From: a virus
Taxonomy: Duplodnaviria; Caudoviricetes
Reading direction: 5' to 3' (one strand)
Virus record (IMG/VR): IMGVR_UViG_3300010429_001521
Location: 636 to 64,635 of that record
DNA length: 64,000 bases
The notes below the pieces were generated by a model that was not told the origin of the DNA, did no database searches, and saw only the letters and a program-made list of their open reading frames with translations. Shown in pieces: positions 56,467 to 64,000 of this stretch (position 1 is its first letter; every line of letters starts with the position of its first letter). The position numbers and the translations under genes were made by a program.

Positions 56467-57407
56467 TAAATAAAGAATTATTAATTAAACCACGACCAGT
56501 AACTAAAAAAGTTACTATTTATGCTCTGAAAGATCCAAGAACAAACGAAATTCGTTATGTGGGTAAAACTGTTAAAAAAGATCTTAATAAAAGATTAATA
56601 GAACATTGTTCTTATAAAAATAAAACACACAAATATTTTTGGATTCTTCAATTAAAAAATGAAAATTTAAAACCCATTATTGAAGCTGTGGAAAAATGTA
56701 CTGACAATGATTGGCAAGAGCGTGAAATTTATTGGATTCAATATTATAAAGATTTAAATTGTAAACTTACTAATTCCCATGAAGGTGGTATGGGTGGACA
56801 TAATCCATCAGCAGAAACACGAGCTAAACTATCGGCTGCTGCAAAAGGAAGAATTGTTTCTGAAGAAACAAAAATTAAAATGCGTAAACCAAAAAGTGAA
56901 GAACATAAAGCTAAACTAATTGCCGCACAAATTGGAAGAGTTTGTACACAAGAAACAAGAGAAAAAATTGGAAAAGGAAATAGAGTAAAAACTCTTTCTG
57001 AAGAAACTAGAGAAAAAATAGCAAAAGCTTCATTAGGAAGATTGCATACTAAAGAGACAAAATTAAAAATGTCTCAAGTGCAAAAAGGTGAAAAGAATGC
57101 AATGTATGGAAAAACACATTCTGAAGAAACCAAACAAAAATTAAGTATCATTAGTAGCAATAGAAGACATACTGAAGAAACTAAACTTAAAATAGCGCAA
57201 GGAAACAAAGGAAAAATTGTTACTGAAGAAACAAGAATTAAAATGAGTATAGCTGCAAAAAACAAAAAGAAACGTATTACAGAAGAACACATAACAGCTA
57301 TCCTTTTAGATGATAGATCACATGTAAAAATAGCTGAAACCTTTAATATACATTCGTCAACAATTAGTAGAATTAAAAATGGAAAATATAAAAAGAGTGA
57401 TATATGA
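56463..57407 (+). CDS. GIY-YIG-type homing endonuclease with NUMOD3 repeats
   Basis: IYALKDPRTNEIRYVGKT, EREIYWI, repeated (H)SEETK.K.S motifs, C-terminal HTH. Confidence 0.88.
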   Translation: MINKELLIKPRPVTKKVTIYALKDPRTNEIRYVGKTVKKDLNKRLIEHCSYKNKTHKYFWILQLKNENLKPIIEAVEKCTDNDWQEREIYWIQYYKDLNCKLTNSHEGGMGGHNPSAETRAKLSAAAKGRIVSEETKIKMRKPKSEEHKAKLIAAQIGRVCTQETREKIGKGNRVKTLSEETREKIAKASLGRLHTKETKLKMSQVQKGEKNAMYGKTHSEETKQKLSIISSNRRHTEETKLKIAQGNKGKIVTEETRIKMSIAAKNKKKRITEEHITAILLDDRSHVKIAETFNIHSSTISRIKNGKYKKSDI

Positions 57408-57618
57408 GAGCACAGACAGGCCGGATGTTTTTAGACAAGCTCTAAAACGGTGTCATCGCACTGGACAACAAAAGAAGGTATATGTGTATCAGTTATACAT
57501 GAAAAATACCGTTGAAGTAAAAATTATGGACTTTTTAAGTGAAGGTAAATCATTGTTTTCGGCAGTGGTAGATGGTAAAATGAATTTGAAAGAATTGTTA
57601 ATGGATGAATCACTTTAA
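57397..57618 (+). pseudogene. Stranded duplicate of SNF2 C-terminus
   Basis: YESTDRPDVFRQALKRCHRTGQQKKVYVYQLYMKNTVE aligns to 56257..56466; offset 1140 bp. Confidence 0.88.
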
Positions 57619-57620
57619 AG

Positions 57621-57923
57621 GTGTACATGATGTTGCAATTGAAAGAATCAAAAAAATTAGTACAACCTTTGGATTCTACATATATAGATCCATTTGATAT
57701 TCAATTACTACAGAGTGCGGATGGATCAAAGCTCTTTGAAGTGGAAATTGATCCAGTCAATCATTTGGTTATTTTGACCATTACTGTAGAAGAGCAATCT
57801 TTTATGTTAACGCTTGCCGCATCTCAAGCGGTCAGTGTGGGGCAATGGTTGTTGGAAGCAGGATACGTTGTTAATTTTACTGAAAAAGCCGGTATTCAAT
57901 TTGAAGGTGATTCCGATGAATAA
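57621..57923 (+). CDS. Hypothetical protein
   Basis: 100 aa. Confidence 0.5.
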   Translation: MYMMLQLKESKKLVQPLDSTYIDPFDIQLLQSADGSKLFEVEIDPVNHLVILTITVEEQSFMLTLAASQAVSVGQWLLEAGYVVNFTEKAGIQFEGDSDE

Positions 57924-58098
57924 TACGGAAATAGATTTGGAAGTGGGTATCATTGACAAACGAGTTGTACTTCATATAAAATATAAACACCCCGATATGC
58001 AACCCGTACTGATTGGTTTGAAAGGAAGTGAATTGTCCAGTTTTATTGAAACGTTACAACAGGCTCAACAACAAATAAAGGAATTATTAGATGAGTGA
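57916..58098 (+). CDS. Hypothetical protein (start MNNTEIDL)
   Basis: Coupled small ORF. Confidence 0.45.
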   Translation: MNNTEIDLEVGIIDKRVVLHIKYKHPDMQPVLIGLKGSELSSFIETLQQAQQQIKELLDE

Positions 58099-58378
58099 TA
58101 TATTACTAGATGCGTTTGTATTAGTCGGTGGACAATATCATGAATTGAAAAAAGTAATTAAAGATATACAAATTAATGATTTTTTATCTTTTGTAGCCGA
58201 TGATGAATATGCCGTCAAAGTATTTTGGAATGAATACCTGATAGGTTATCCTTCACGCACCAAGAATACGATTATTTTTAACATGTTAGTCAATGATCTT
58301 AAATTGTACGGTTTAGTAACACGAATCAACAAACATTTTTTCTCTCAACTAGAGTTTGATATATATCTCCAATTATGA
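58091..58378 (+). CDS. Small HIRAN-like protein
   Basis: VLVGGQY...DDEYAVKV...IGY resembles HIRAN pattern. Confidence 0.4.
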   Translation: MSDILLDAFVLVGGQYHELKKVIKDIQINDFLSFVADDEYAVKVFWNEYLIGYPSRTKNTIIFNMLVNDLKLYGLVTRINKHFFSQLEFDIYLQL

Positions 58379-58551
58379 ATACAAAAGATTTATTACAGAT
58401 GCTCAGTATTTTTATTACGTTACCTTTGATGGGAGTCTTTATTATTGTACTTGCATTAATTATGCTCTTTAATTTTATTCTTGTTGGACCTTCTACTCTT
58501 TTAACTAAAATTGGAGTATTTAATGGAAACCCAAAAACAGATCGAAAGTAA
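58375..58551 (+). CDS. 58-aa membrane peptide
   Basis: Read by hand: MNTKDLLQMLSIFITLPLMGVFIIVLALIMLFNFILVG...; ATGA coupling. Confidence 0.4.
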   Translation: MNTKDLLQMLSIFITLPLMGVFIIVLALIMLFNFILVGPSTLLTKIGVFNGNPKTDRK

Positions 58552-58696
58552 TCTTCGTAGTGTTCAAGCCATGGAAACCATTGCTGAAAGTTTAAGATCC
58601 ATTGCTCAGAAATTTTCACAGATTGTAGATATTATTGAAGAAGAATATAAAGAAGATCAAGCATTAAGAAAAATGAATAAACATCTAAAATTTTAA
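58511..58696 (+). CDS. Small coiled-coil protein
   Basis: 61 aa; start probably METQKQ. Confidence 0.45.
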   Translation: MEYLMETQKQIESNLRSVQAMETIAESLRSIAQKFSQIVDIIEEEYKEDQALRKMNKHLKF

Positions 58697-58702
58697 TTAA
58701 AT

Positions 58703-58787
58703 GGGGTCGTGGTGGAATTGGTAGACACTACAAGTTTAAGCCTTGTTATCAAAAGATGTGAGAGTTCGAGTCTCTCCGACCCCACCA
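58703..58787 (+). tRNA. tRNA-Leu(UAA)
   Basis: GGGGTCG/CGACCCC acceptor, A-CCA end, GGAATTGGTAGAC D-loop, ACAAG-TTTAAGC-CTTGT, long V-arm, GTTCGAGTC. Confidence 0.92.
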
Positions 58788-58801
58788 TTTAAAAGCTGAT
58801 C

Positions 58802-58996
58802 ATGAAAAAACATAAAATTCCAAAAGGTTATGAATCCATGCAAACTCATTGGAATATTGATCCAAAGAGAAGTGTGTTAGAATTAGCTTTTGCTTGTCCA
58901 GAAGGTTGGGAATTTTTTGAATGGGTACGTAAAGATACAGAAGTAACTATTACATACATTAGATCTATCCAACATGAAACTGTTCAAAGTGTTTAA
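58802..58996 (+). CDS. Hypothetical protein
   Basis: 64 aa. Confidence 0.45.
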   Translation: MKKHKIPKGYESMQTHWNIDPKRSVLELAFACPEGWEFFEWVRKDTEVTITYIRSIQHETVQSV

Positions 58997-59180
58997 TGGC
59001 TATTATGGAAGTGCTTCATTGTCCATTTTAGTACTTGCTGAAGATCGAGCAAAAGCTCTTAAATTAGCACGTCCCAAATTTCGTAATAGTGAAACTTTAA
59101 ACTTTACTGAACTTCAAACTGAAATTATTTTTGATGATTGTGATCAGACTCAATGTTCAACTTTTATGGAATTTAGATAA
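58974..59180 (+). CDS. Hypothetical protein
   Basis: 68 aa. Confidence 0.5.
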   Translation: MKLFKVFNGYYGSASLSILVLAEDRAKALKLARPKFRNSETLNFTELQTEIIFDDCDQTQCSTFMEFR

Positions 59181-59362
59181 TGTTAGAAAGATTGTTTCAA
59201 TATTTTATAACAGCTTTAGTTATTTGTGTTTTTGTTTTTGGAAGTTTTTGGATAATTAAAAATGCATCTTATTATTTTTGGTATAAAGATTTAACTATTA
59301 AAACAATACAAGAAATTGTAAAATCAGAATGTTTGAAATAAATTTTTATAAGGATTCATATT

Positions 59363-59569
59363 ATGTATTCAGGATGTCAAGCTTTAGATGGGTGTGAAAA
59401 AAAAATAAATTGTGCAAGATATATCTATTTTTTAAACAGTACACCGTATAAAGGTTTTAATGCTTATCAACTTTGTCGTTTAAGTCAGTTTACTGAAAAA
59501 AGATATTTACATTTTATTCCAATTGAAGAGTTAGACTTACCAACACTTGATATACAAAAGATTGATTAG
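59363..59569 (+). CDS. Small Cys-containing protein
   Basis: GCQ..GC....CARY. Confidence 0.45.
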   Translation: MYSGCQALDGCEKKINCARYIYFLNSTPYKGFNAYQLCRLSQFTEKRYLHFIPIEELDLPTLDIQKID

Positions 59570-59606
59570 TAAATAAATTTTTTAAATTTAATATAAGGTA
59601 TGTGTT

Positions 59607-60584
59607 ATGAACAAAGTTATATTGAGTGTTATTCTAACCTTTTTTTCTTCATTTGTTTGGGCTAATGAAGATCCACAATTTTTTGGTTATTGGCATCAGT
59701 CTCCAGTCGGTGTTAAAGCCACACTAGATCATACGAATGTCGTATTTATCCAAGCTGCCAATCCTGAACAACCTTTAAACGAAATTGCCGCTTTACATCC
59801 CACAGCAAAAATTTTATTTCAATTTAGTGCACTAGATTTAGTATTTAGAGGTGGAAATTGTAATTGGAATAAGTGTATGGAATTTAATTCAGATCGAGTT
59901 AAGGAAATTCTTGACTCTGTAGAACAACATGTAATTACGCCATATCAGAGTCGATTAGTCGCTTTTTTAATTGCAGATGAACCTGAAACGAATCCACTTA
60001 CGTTAGATGCTTTACAACAACTGGTTAATGCCATTCGTTTACGACCGGCATTTGATCCAATTCCAATATGGGTTAATTATAATAATGTTCTTCCTACTTA
60101 TACAAAAGCAGAATTCTTTTTAACACCCGGTGTTGATTGGATCAGTATGACACCTTCTTATGGTACGGAATGGAATGATCTTTCACCTGATTTTAGATAT
60201 GATTTTTTGTTGCAAAGAGCATCACAACAAAATCCAAAACCCAAATTAGTTATTGTGGGTGATGCATGGTCTGAATTAGAAGGTGATTCCAATTTCAATG
60301 GATCACTGACAAAAACCGGAAAGATTCATTTAGACAAGATCGAAAAACAATATGATTATATTTCAGAAAGAGCTGATTTTTACGGCATTTCAGTGGTAGG
60401 TGTTGTTCCATTTTCTTGGTCATTTCCTGGATCTTACACACTGGGAACTTCTCATGAATCGATAAAAAACAAATGGCGTGAACTGGCTATTCGTATTTTG
60501 GGTAACACAAATTCTGTTCCAGTTGAACCAATACCCCCACAGGTATTAACACCAACACCTGCTGTACCAAAATGTATTCCTTGA
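59607..60584 (+). CDS. Secreted protein, possible glycoside-hydrolase-like TIM barrel
   Basis: Signal peptide MNKVILSVILTFFSSFVWA; FLIADEPE; Pro-rich tail. Confidence 0.5.
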   Translation: MNKVILSVILTFFSSFVWANEDPQFFGYWHQSPVGVKATLDHTNVVFIQAANPEQPLNEIAALHPTAKILFQFSALDLVFRGGNCNWNKCMEFNSDRVKEILDSVEQHVITPYQSRLVAFLIADEPETNPLTLDALQQLVNAIRLRPAFDPIPIWVNYNNVLPTYTKAEFFLTPGVDWISMTPSYGTEWNDLSPDFRYDFLLQRASQQNPKPKLVIVGDAWSELEGDSNFNGSLTKTGKIHLDKIEKQYDYISERADFYGISVVGVVPFSWSFPGSYTLGTSHESIKNKWRELAIRILGNTNSVPVEPIPPQVLTPTPAVPKCIP

Positions 60585-60605
60585 TTTCCATATAGTTCGT
60601 TATTA

Positions 60606-60770
60606 TTGACAATATGTATTAACTGTAATATAATAATTGCTCAAGTGTCAGAACTTGAGCATTGAGACTCCAATATGGAGTGAAACGGATGAAGATTGTG
60701 GTAACGCAATCTTACTTGTTAATGCTCAAGTTCTGACCATCCATTTCATTCCATATTGGAGTTTTTATTT
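60606..60770 (+). promoter_or_regulatory. Consensus promoter plus A-B-A'-B' structured leader
   Basis: TTGACA-17-TATAAT; 17-bp perfect pair 60647-63/60721-37; 25-nt pair 60667-91/60738-62 covering SD. Confidence 0.75.
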
Positions 60771-61553
60771 ATGACGATTAAAAGACGTGAAATTACATTA
60801 GTTCGATTGATTAATGGTGAACCGAGAGCTAATTCAAGATTAATTGCACAAAAATTGGGTATTGAGCATAAAAATTTAATTGCAATAATTGAAAAATATT
60901 TGAATGATTTTAAAGAGTTTGGACCACTCGCGTTTGAAACGCGACCGCGAATCGATAATAATTTGGGAGGTGATAAACCAAAAGATTATTTACTTAATGA
61001 AGATCAATGTTATTTTGCTTTAACATTGGTAAGAAATACAGTTCAAGCTGTTGAATTGAAAAAAGCACTTGTTCATCAATTTAGTAAATTGCGCCAACGT
61101 CAATCATCGCAACAGTCATTTATGCCGCGTGGTTATCCACAAATGTTGGAAGCCGCACGAAATAATTGGAAACGAGCACGTAATGAACTAATTGCTTTAT
61201 TGGGTACACATCTTAGTGTGTACGACCGCAAACGAAAATCTCAATTCACCGATCAGATGTATTTAGACTTAATTGAAACTACTGCACAAAGATTGCGTGA
61301 ACATTTTGAACTAACTCGTTCCAATCAACTCACACGAGATTACTTGCATCAATTAGTGCAAGAATCCATTGTGGAAATTGAAATTCGTTTGTCAGATGCA
61401 TTAACATCAGGAAGTATTCGTTCATGGGAAGAATTTAAAAACGAACTGGAACAGATAGCAGATCATATTCGGTATATGAAAGAGTTACAAAATGGAAGAA
61501 TTCCATTACCACGATATGCATATCCGATTGTGAATAATATGCAAACGCATTAA
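60771..61553 (+). CDS. Rha-family phage regulatory protein
   Basis: PRANSRLIAQKLGIEHKNL, FETR, YLLNEDQCYFALT, LKKALVHQF. Confidence 0.85.
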   Translation: MTIKRREITLVRLINGEPRANSRLIAQKLGIEHKNLIAIIEKYLNDFKEFGPLAFETRPRIDNNLGGDKPKDYLLNEDQCYFALTLVRNTVQAVELKKALVHQFSKLRQRQSSQQSFMPRGYPQMLEAARNNWKRARNELIALLGTHLSVYDRKRKSQFTDQMYLDLIETTAQRLREHFELTRSNQLTRDYLHQLVQESIVEIEIRLSDALTSGSIRSWEEFKNELEQIADHIRYMKELQNGRIPLPRYAYPIVNNMQTH

Positions 61554-61556
61554 TAA

Positions 61557-61580
61557 AAAAGCCCCAATAATGGGGCTTTT
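61557..61580. terminator. Bidirectional terminator
   Basis: AAAAGCCCCA/TGGGGCTTTT between convergent genes. Confidence 0.8.
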
Positions 61581-61598
61581 ACCAATCAGAAGTAAGTC

Positions 61599-62027
61599 TT
61601 AAGAAATCAAAATAGCACCGACATTGGATTCAGATGCCGGAGCATGTTGTGCATTACCACGAATGATATACGCAGCACAAGTCACGTTCTGCGCCGCAAC
61701 CGTTGCATATACACGAACGTACTTTTTGGTGATACCACCAATATCTGTCAATCCAATCACTTGAACGCTATCTGCTGTATCCATCGCAGCAATCGTACCG
61801 TTCAACCGAGCCGCAGCAATATCGGCCCAATTCGAAGAACCGTTACTCGATTCTTGGACTTTAAACGTCACCGAACCACCACTCACCACCGCGCCCGTAC
61901 TTAAAACGACGGTCGCACTGTGATAGTTACGAAGATTAACCGCAGTCCCTTCATACGTATTGGCAGCACGTAGTAATGGAACTAGCGAAGGCTTTACAGT
62001 AATTCCAGATTTGAGATCTTGCAACAT
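61599..62027 (-). CDS. Beta-sandwich virion protein (head decoration-like)
   Basis: GTAVNL, VTFKVQES...WADI, KYVRV pattern of proteins usually next to capsid genes. Confidence 0.55.
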   Translation of the reverse strand: MLQDLKSGITVKPSLVPLLRAANTYEGTAVNLRNYHSATVVLSTGAVVSGGSVTFKVQESSNGSSNWADIAAARLNGTIAAMDTADSVQVIGLTDIGGITKKYVRVYATVAAQNVTCAAYIIRGNAQHAPASESNVGAILIS

Positions 62028-62103
62028 TTTTGTGTGACTCCAAAAGTTAAAATTCCAGCACCAAGATTTTAATGCTTACTGAATACTATACTGCTTGACA
62101 TGG

Positions 62104-62433
62104 CTATATGCAAGACATTTCGAACAAGTTGGGAATAATAAAAAAATTCATTTTTTGACAGCGTTGTTCACCCATCAATGTCAATTCTTGAAATACGGGA
62201 AAGTCCGTGGTATGGGTAATGATTTTTAAACGATAAGGTGTAAGAATCGTACAATAGTTAGTAAAACAACCCGTGACTGAAAAATAGTGGTAATGTTTGA
62301 TTGGAATTTCATACTCACTGGATTCCAGTAACACCCCCAAATAAACGGGCTGTAAAGCCATCAAATCAGCGTTTTTAGCCCCGTTTATGGGAAATGGATA
62401 GTGGGGTAGCGGGACTGCTTGTAATGCGCTCAA
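62104..62433 (-). CDS. Hypothetical protein
   Basis: 109 aa, coupled to HNH gene. Confidence 0.4.
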   Translation of the reverse strand: MSALQAVPLPHYPFPINGAKNADLMALQPVYLGVLLESSEYEIPIKHYHYFSVTGCFTNYCTILTPYRLKIITHTTDFPVFQELTLMGEQRCQKMNFFIIPNLFEMSCI

Positions 62434-62951
62434 ATGGGCTTTACCGTTTGTTTTAATACACGTCGTATAGTGGAGATATGAACTTGAAATTGTTGTGCTA
62501 TGGATTGGAAAGTTTGTCCCTGTTGGGCATGTTCAAGAATTGCTCTCTTCTCATTCGCAGTAAGGCGTTTCGATGTTTGGGCGTGCCTTTTTTTCGCTGT
62601 ACGATCTGCAACATTATCCCGGTTTGTTCCCAAAAATAAGTGACTGGGATTAACGCAGCATGGATGATCGCAGTGGTGTAGTACATGTAAGGATTCATCG
62701 AAATCTCCATAATGTAAGTGGTAGCTGTACCGATGAGCTTTGACTGTTCGATTGTTGACTTTAAATTTACCATAACCATAACGATCTAAAGTTCCTAACC
62801 AATTCCAACACGCATCTGTTTTTTCATAACAATGATGAAATCTTTCTTCATCAGTTTCAAATTGATAAGGTATTAATTGAATAACTTTTTTAACAATACT
62901 GGACTTTTTAGTCCTTTTCAACTTTTTTAATAATTGAGTAATATGTCCCAT
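62430..62951 (-). CDS. HNH endonuclease with C-terminal HTH
   Basis: CWNWLG, KAHRYSY, HHCDHPCCVNPSHL. Confidence 0.88.
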   Translation of the reverse strand: MGHITQLLKKLKRTKKSSIVKKVIQLIPYQFETDEERFHHCYEKTDACWNWLGTLDRYGYGKFKVNNRTVKAHRYSYHLHYGDFDESLHVLHHCDHPCCVNPSHLFLGTNRDNVADRTAKKRHAQTSKRLTANEKRAILEHAQQGQTFQSIAQQFQVHISTIRRVLKQTVKPI

Positions 62952-63181
62952 TAAAGTACATAAACAGTGGGTTCTCGATTTCGTTTTCCAACAACCACAC
63001 CATTCGCTAGCAAGACTGTATCACCCACATTGTATACAGTCGCATCTGTATTAGAGCGTTTTACACTGATTGAACCTTGAGGTGTTGCTAATATCAAATT
63101 AGTCGCAGTACGAGCAATAATACGACCTTGATTAGTTTTATGAATTTCCAATAAATTTCGAAGCTGTTTGAGAGGATGCAT
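62951..63181 (-). CDS. Small tail/baseplate-associated protein
   Basis: YNVGDTVLLANGVVVG; operon position. Confidence 0.5.
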   Translation of the reverse strand: MHPLKQLRNLLEIHKTNQGRIIARTATNLILATPQGSISVKRSNTDATVYNVGDTVLLANGVVVGKRNREPTVYVL

Positions 63182-63458
63182 GATTTATTACCACGTCACG
63201 GATTATTGGTTATATGAAAGAATTTTACAGGAAGGTTTGATCGGAAATCCTGTTGTGTATTTAACGCATTCCATGAAAGCTGCATTAGCTATTGGTCAAT
63301 ACCAAATTTCTTTACGAGAGAAATTTGATGGTTGTGTGGTATTAAAAGTAAATTATGAGGGTGATCTTTTTACAGATACTAATACTCAACCATTAAATAC
63401 CGCTTGGATGGTCTATGATAACATTCATCCCGATCAAATTGAAGTTTGTTGGCATTAA
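63180..63458 (+). CDS. Small ADP-ribosyltransferase/Tpt1-like fold protein, antisense in tail operon
   Basis: YHVT...RILQEGL...VYLT...VLKV...IHPDQI; AGAGGA SD. Confidence 0.5.
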   Translation: MIYYHVTDYWLYERILQEGLIGNPVVYLTHSMKAALAIGQYQISLREKFDGCVVLKVNYEGDLFTDTNTQPLNTAWMVYDNIHPDQIEVCWH

Positions 63459-63760
63459 CGTGGTTTGCGCAAAGTAACGCTGGTTGATGCAGATAAATTA
63501 CCTGCATCGTCCACATTCACTGTATGCACTACAGCTATTACCTTACCTTTCCAATAACCGAGTGCCGAATCTTCAACAGTGATCAATTGTCCCAAGCGTA
63601 AGTCCTGGAGCGTTACGTCGAGTTGTTGTTCATCAGCTAATGCACCTTGATCAAGTTCGGCTCGACCACGACTCAAAGCGGCGTTCACGTCACTCAACAA
63701 TGGTTCCACAATGTCTTCACCTGGTGCATTCCCTTCACCCCGAATCACGACAATGTCCAT
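63455..63760 (-). CDS. Tail/baseplate-associated protein
   Basis: IVEPLL...RGRAELD...LRLGQLITV. Confidence 0.5.
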   Translation of the reverse strand: MDIVVIRGEGNAPGEDIVEPLLSDVNAALSRGRAELDQGALADEQQLDVTLQDLRLGQLITVEDSALGYWKGKVIAVVHTVNVDDAGNLSASTSVTLRKPR

Positions 63761-64000
63761 TAGGGTTTGGTCGTTCCGGTTGCAATGATCATCGCTTCTG
63801 GAAAATCAAGCGGTACTCCACTCAGTTTCCATAAACTCCCGGTGGCGGAGTACGTCACCGATAAAAGACCGAACACCTTTTTACCTCCATTGATCGAAAG
63901 GATGGCTCCATCACGTTCTGGAAGCGTCGAATAAGAACTGAGTTGATGGGTTTTTTTATCCAACACATACGCCTTCCCAAGCCATTCCATAGTGACGGCT
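63760..64000 (-). CDS. Partial tail-associated protein (5' end outside window)
   Basis: Frame open from window edge (...AVTMEWLGK) to 63760. Confidence 0.45.
   Translation of the reverse strand, partial: AVTMEWLGKAYVLDKKTHQLSSYSTLPERDGAILSINGGKKVFGLLSVTYSATGSLWKLSGVPLDFPEAMIIATGTTKP

Noticed and set aside
57379-57618. Independent 79-aa gene
   Set aside because: It duplicates the SNF2 C-terminus; annotated as a displaced gene end, though expression is not excluded
1-64000. Stop-codon reassignment, DGR/retron, integrase
   Set aside because: Conserved genes are full length in code 11; no reverse transcriptase or recombinase motifs seen; the few breaks have local explanations

Overview
64-kb segment of a large tailed-phage genome, probably a phage-plasmid. 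No integrase, terminase, major capsid or primase is recognisable in the window. From left to right: (1) GC-richer minus-strand tail and lysis genes (1-5.1 kb). (2) An accessory region with Rha-type genes and a Ski2/Hel308-type helicase split into two ORFs 4.8 kb apart; the intervening block holds an HNH gene and a conserved-looking 255-aa gene followed by a ~450-nt tRNA-like structured RNA. (3) A plasmid-type replicon: a 38-bp perfect palindrome, 5 iterons, an RHH regulator and two tandem Rep-like genes. (4) A putative anti-defence/RNA island: a gp49/66-family protein, four Y-RNA-like genes (two with canonical anticodon loops), Ro60/TROVE, SLOG and ProQ. (5) Two ParB genes and a parS-like site. 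(6) A FolE/QueD/glycosyltransferase/radical-SAM/TGT-like locus predicting 7-deazaguanine-type DNA modification, with no QueC seen. (7) A hybrid replisome: ligase, beta-clamp, UDG, family-A polymerase, DnaX, SSB, ThyA, RecA, resolvase, SbcD, 5'-3' exonuclease, DnaB, SNF2. (8) tRNA-Leu(UAA) and more tail genes. Three free-standing homing endonucleases appear to have entered essential genes carrying a replacement gene end, leaving the original end stranded. All protein calls come from motif recognition by eye; no database search was run.
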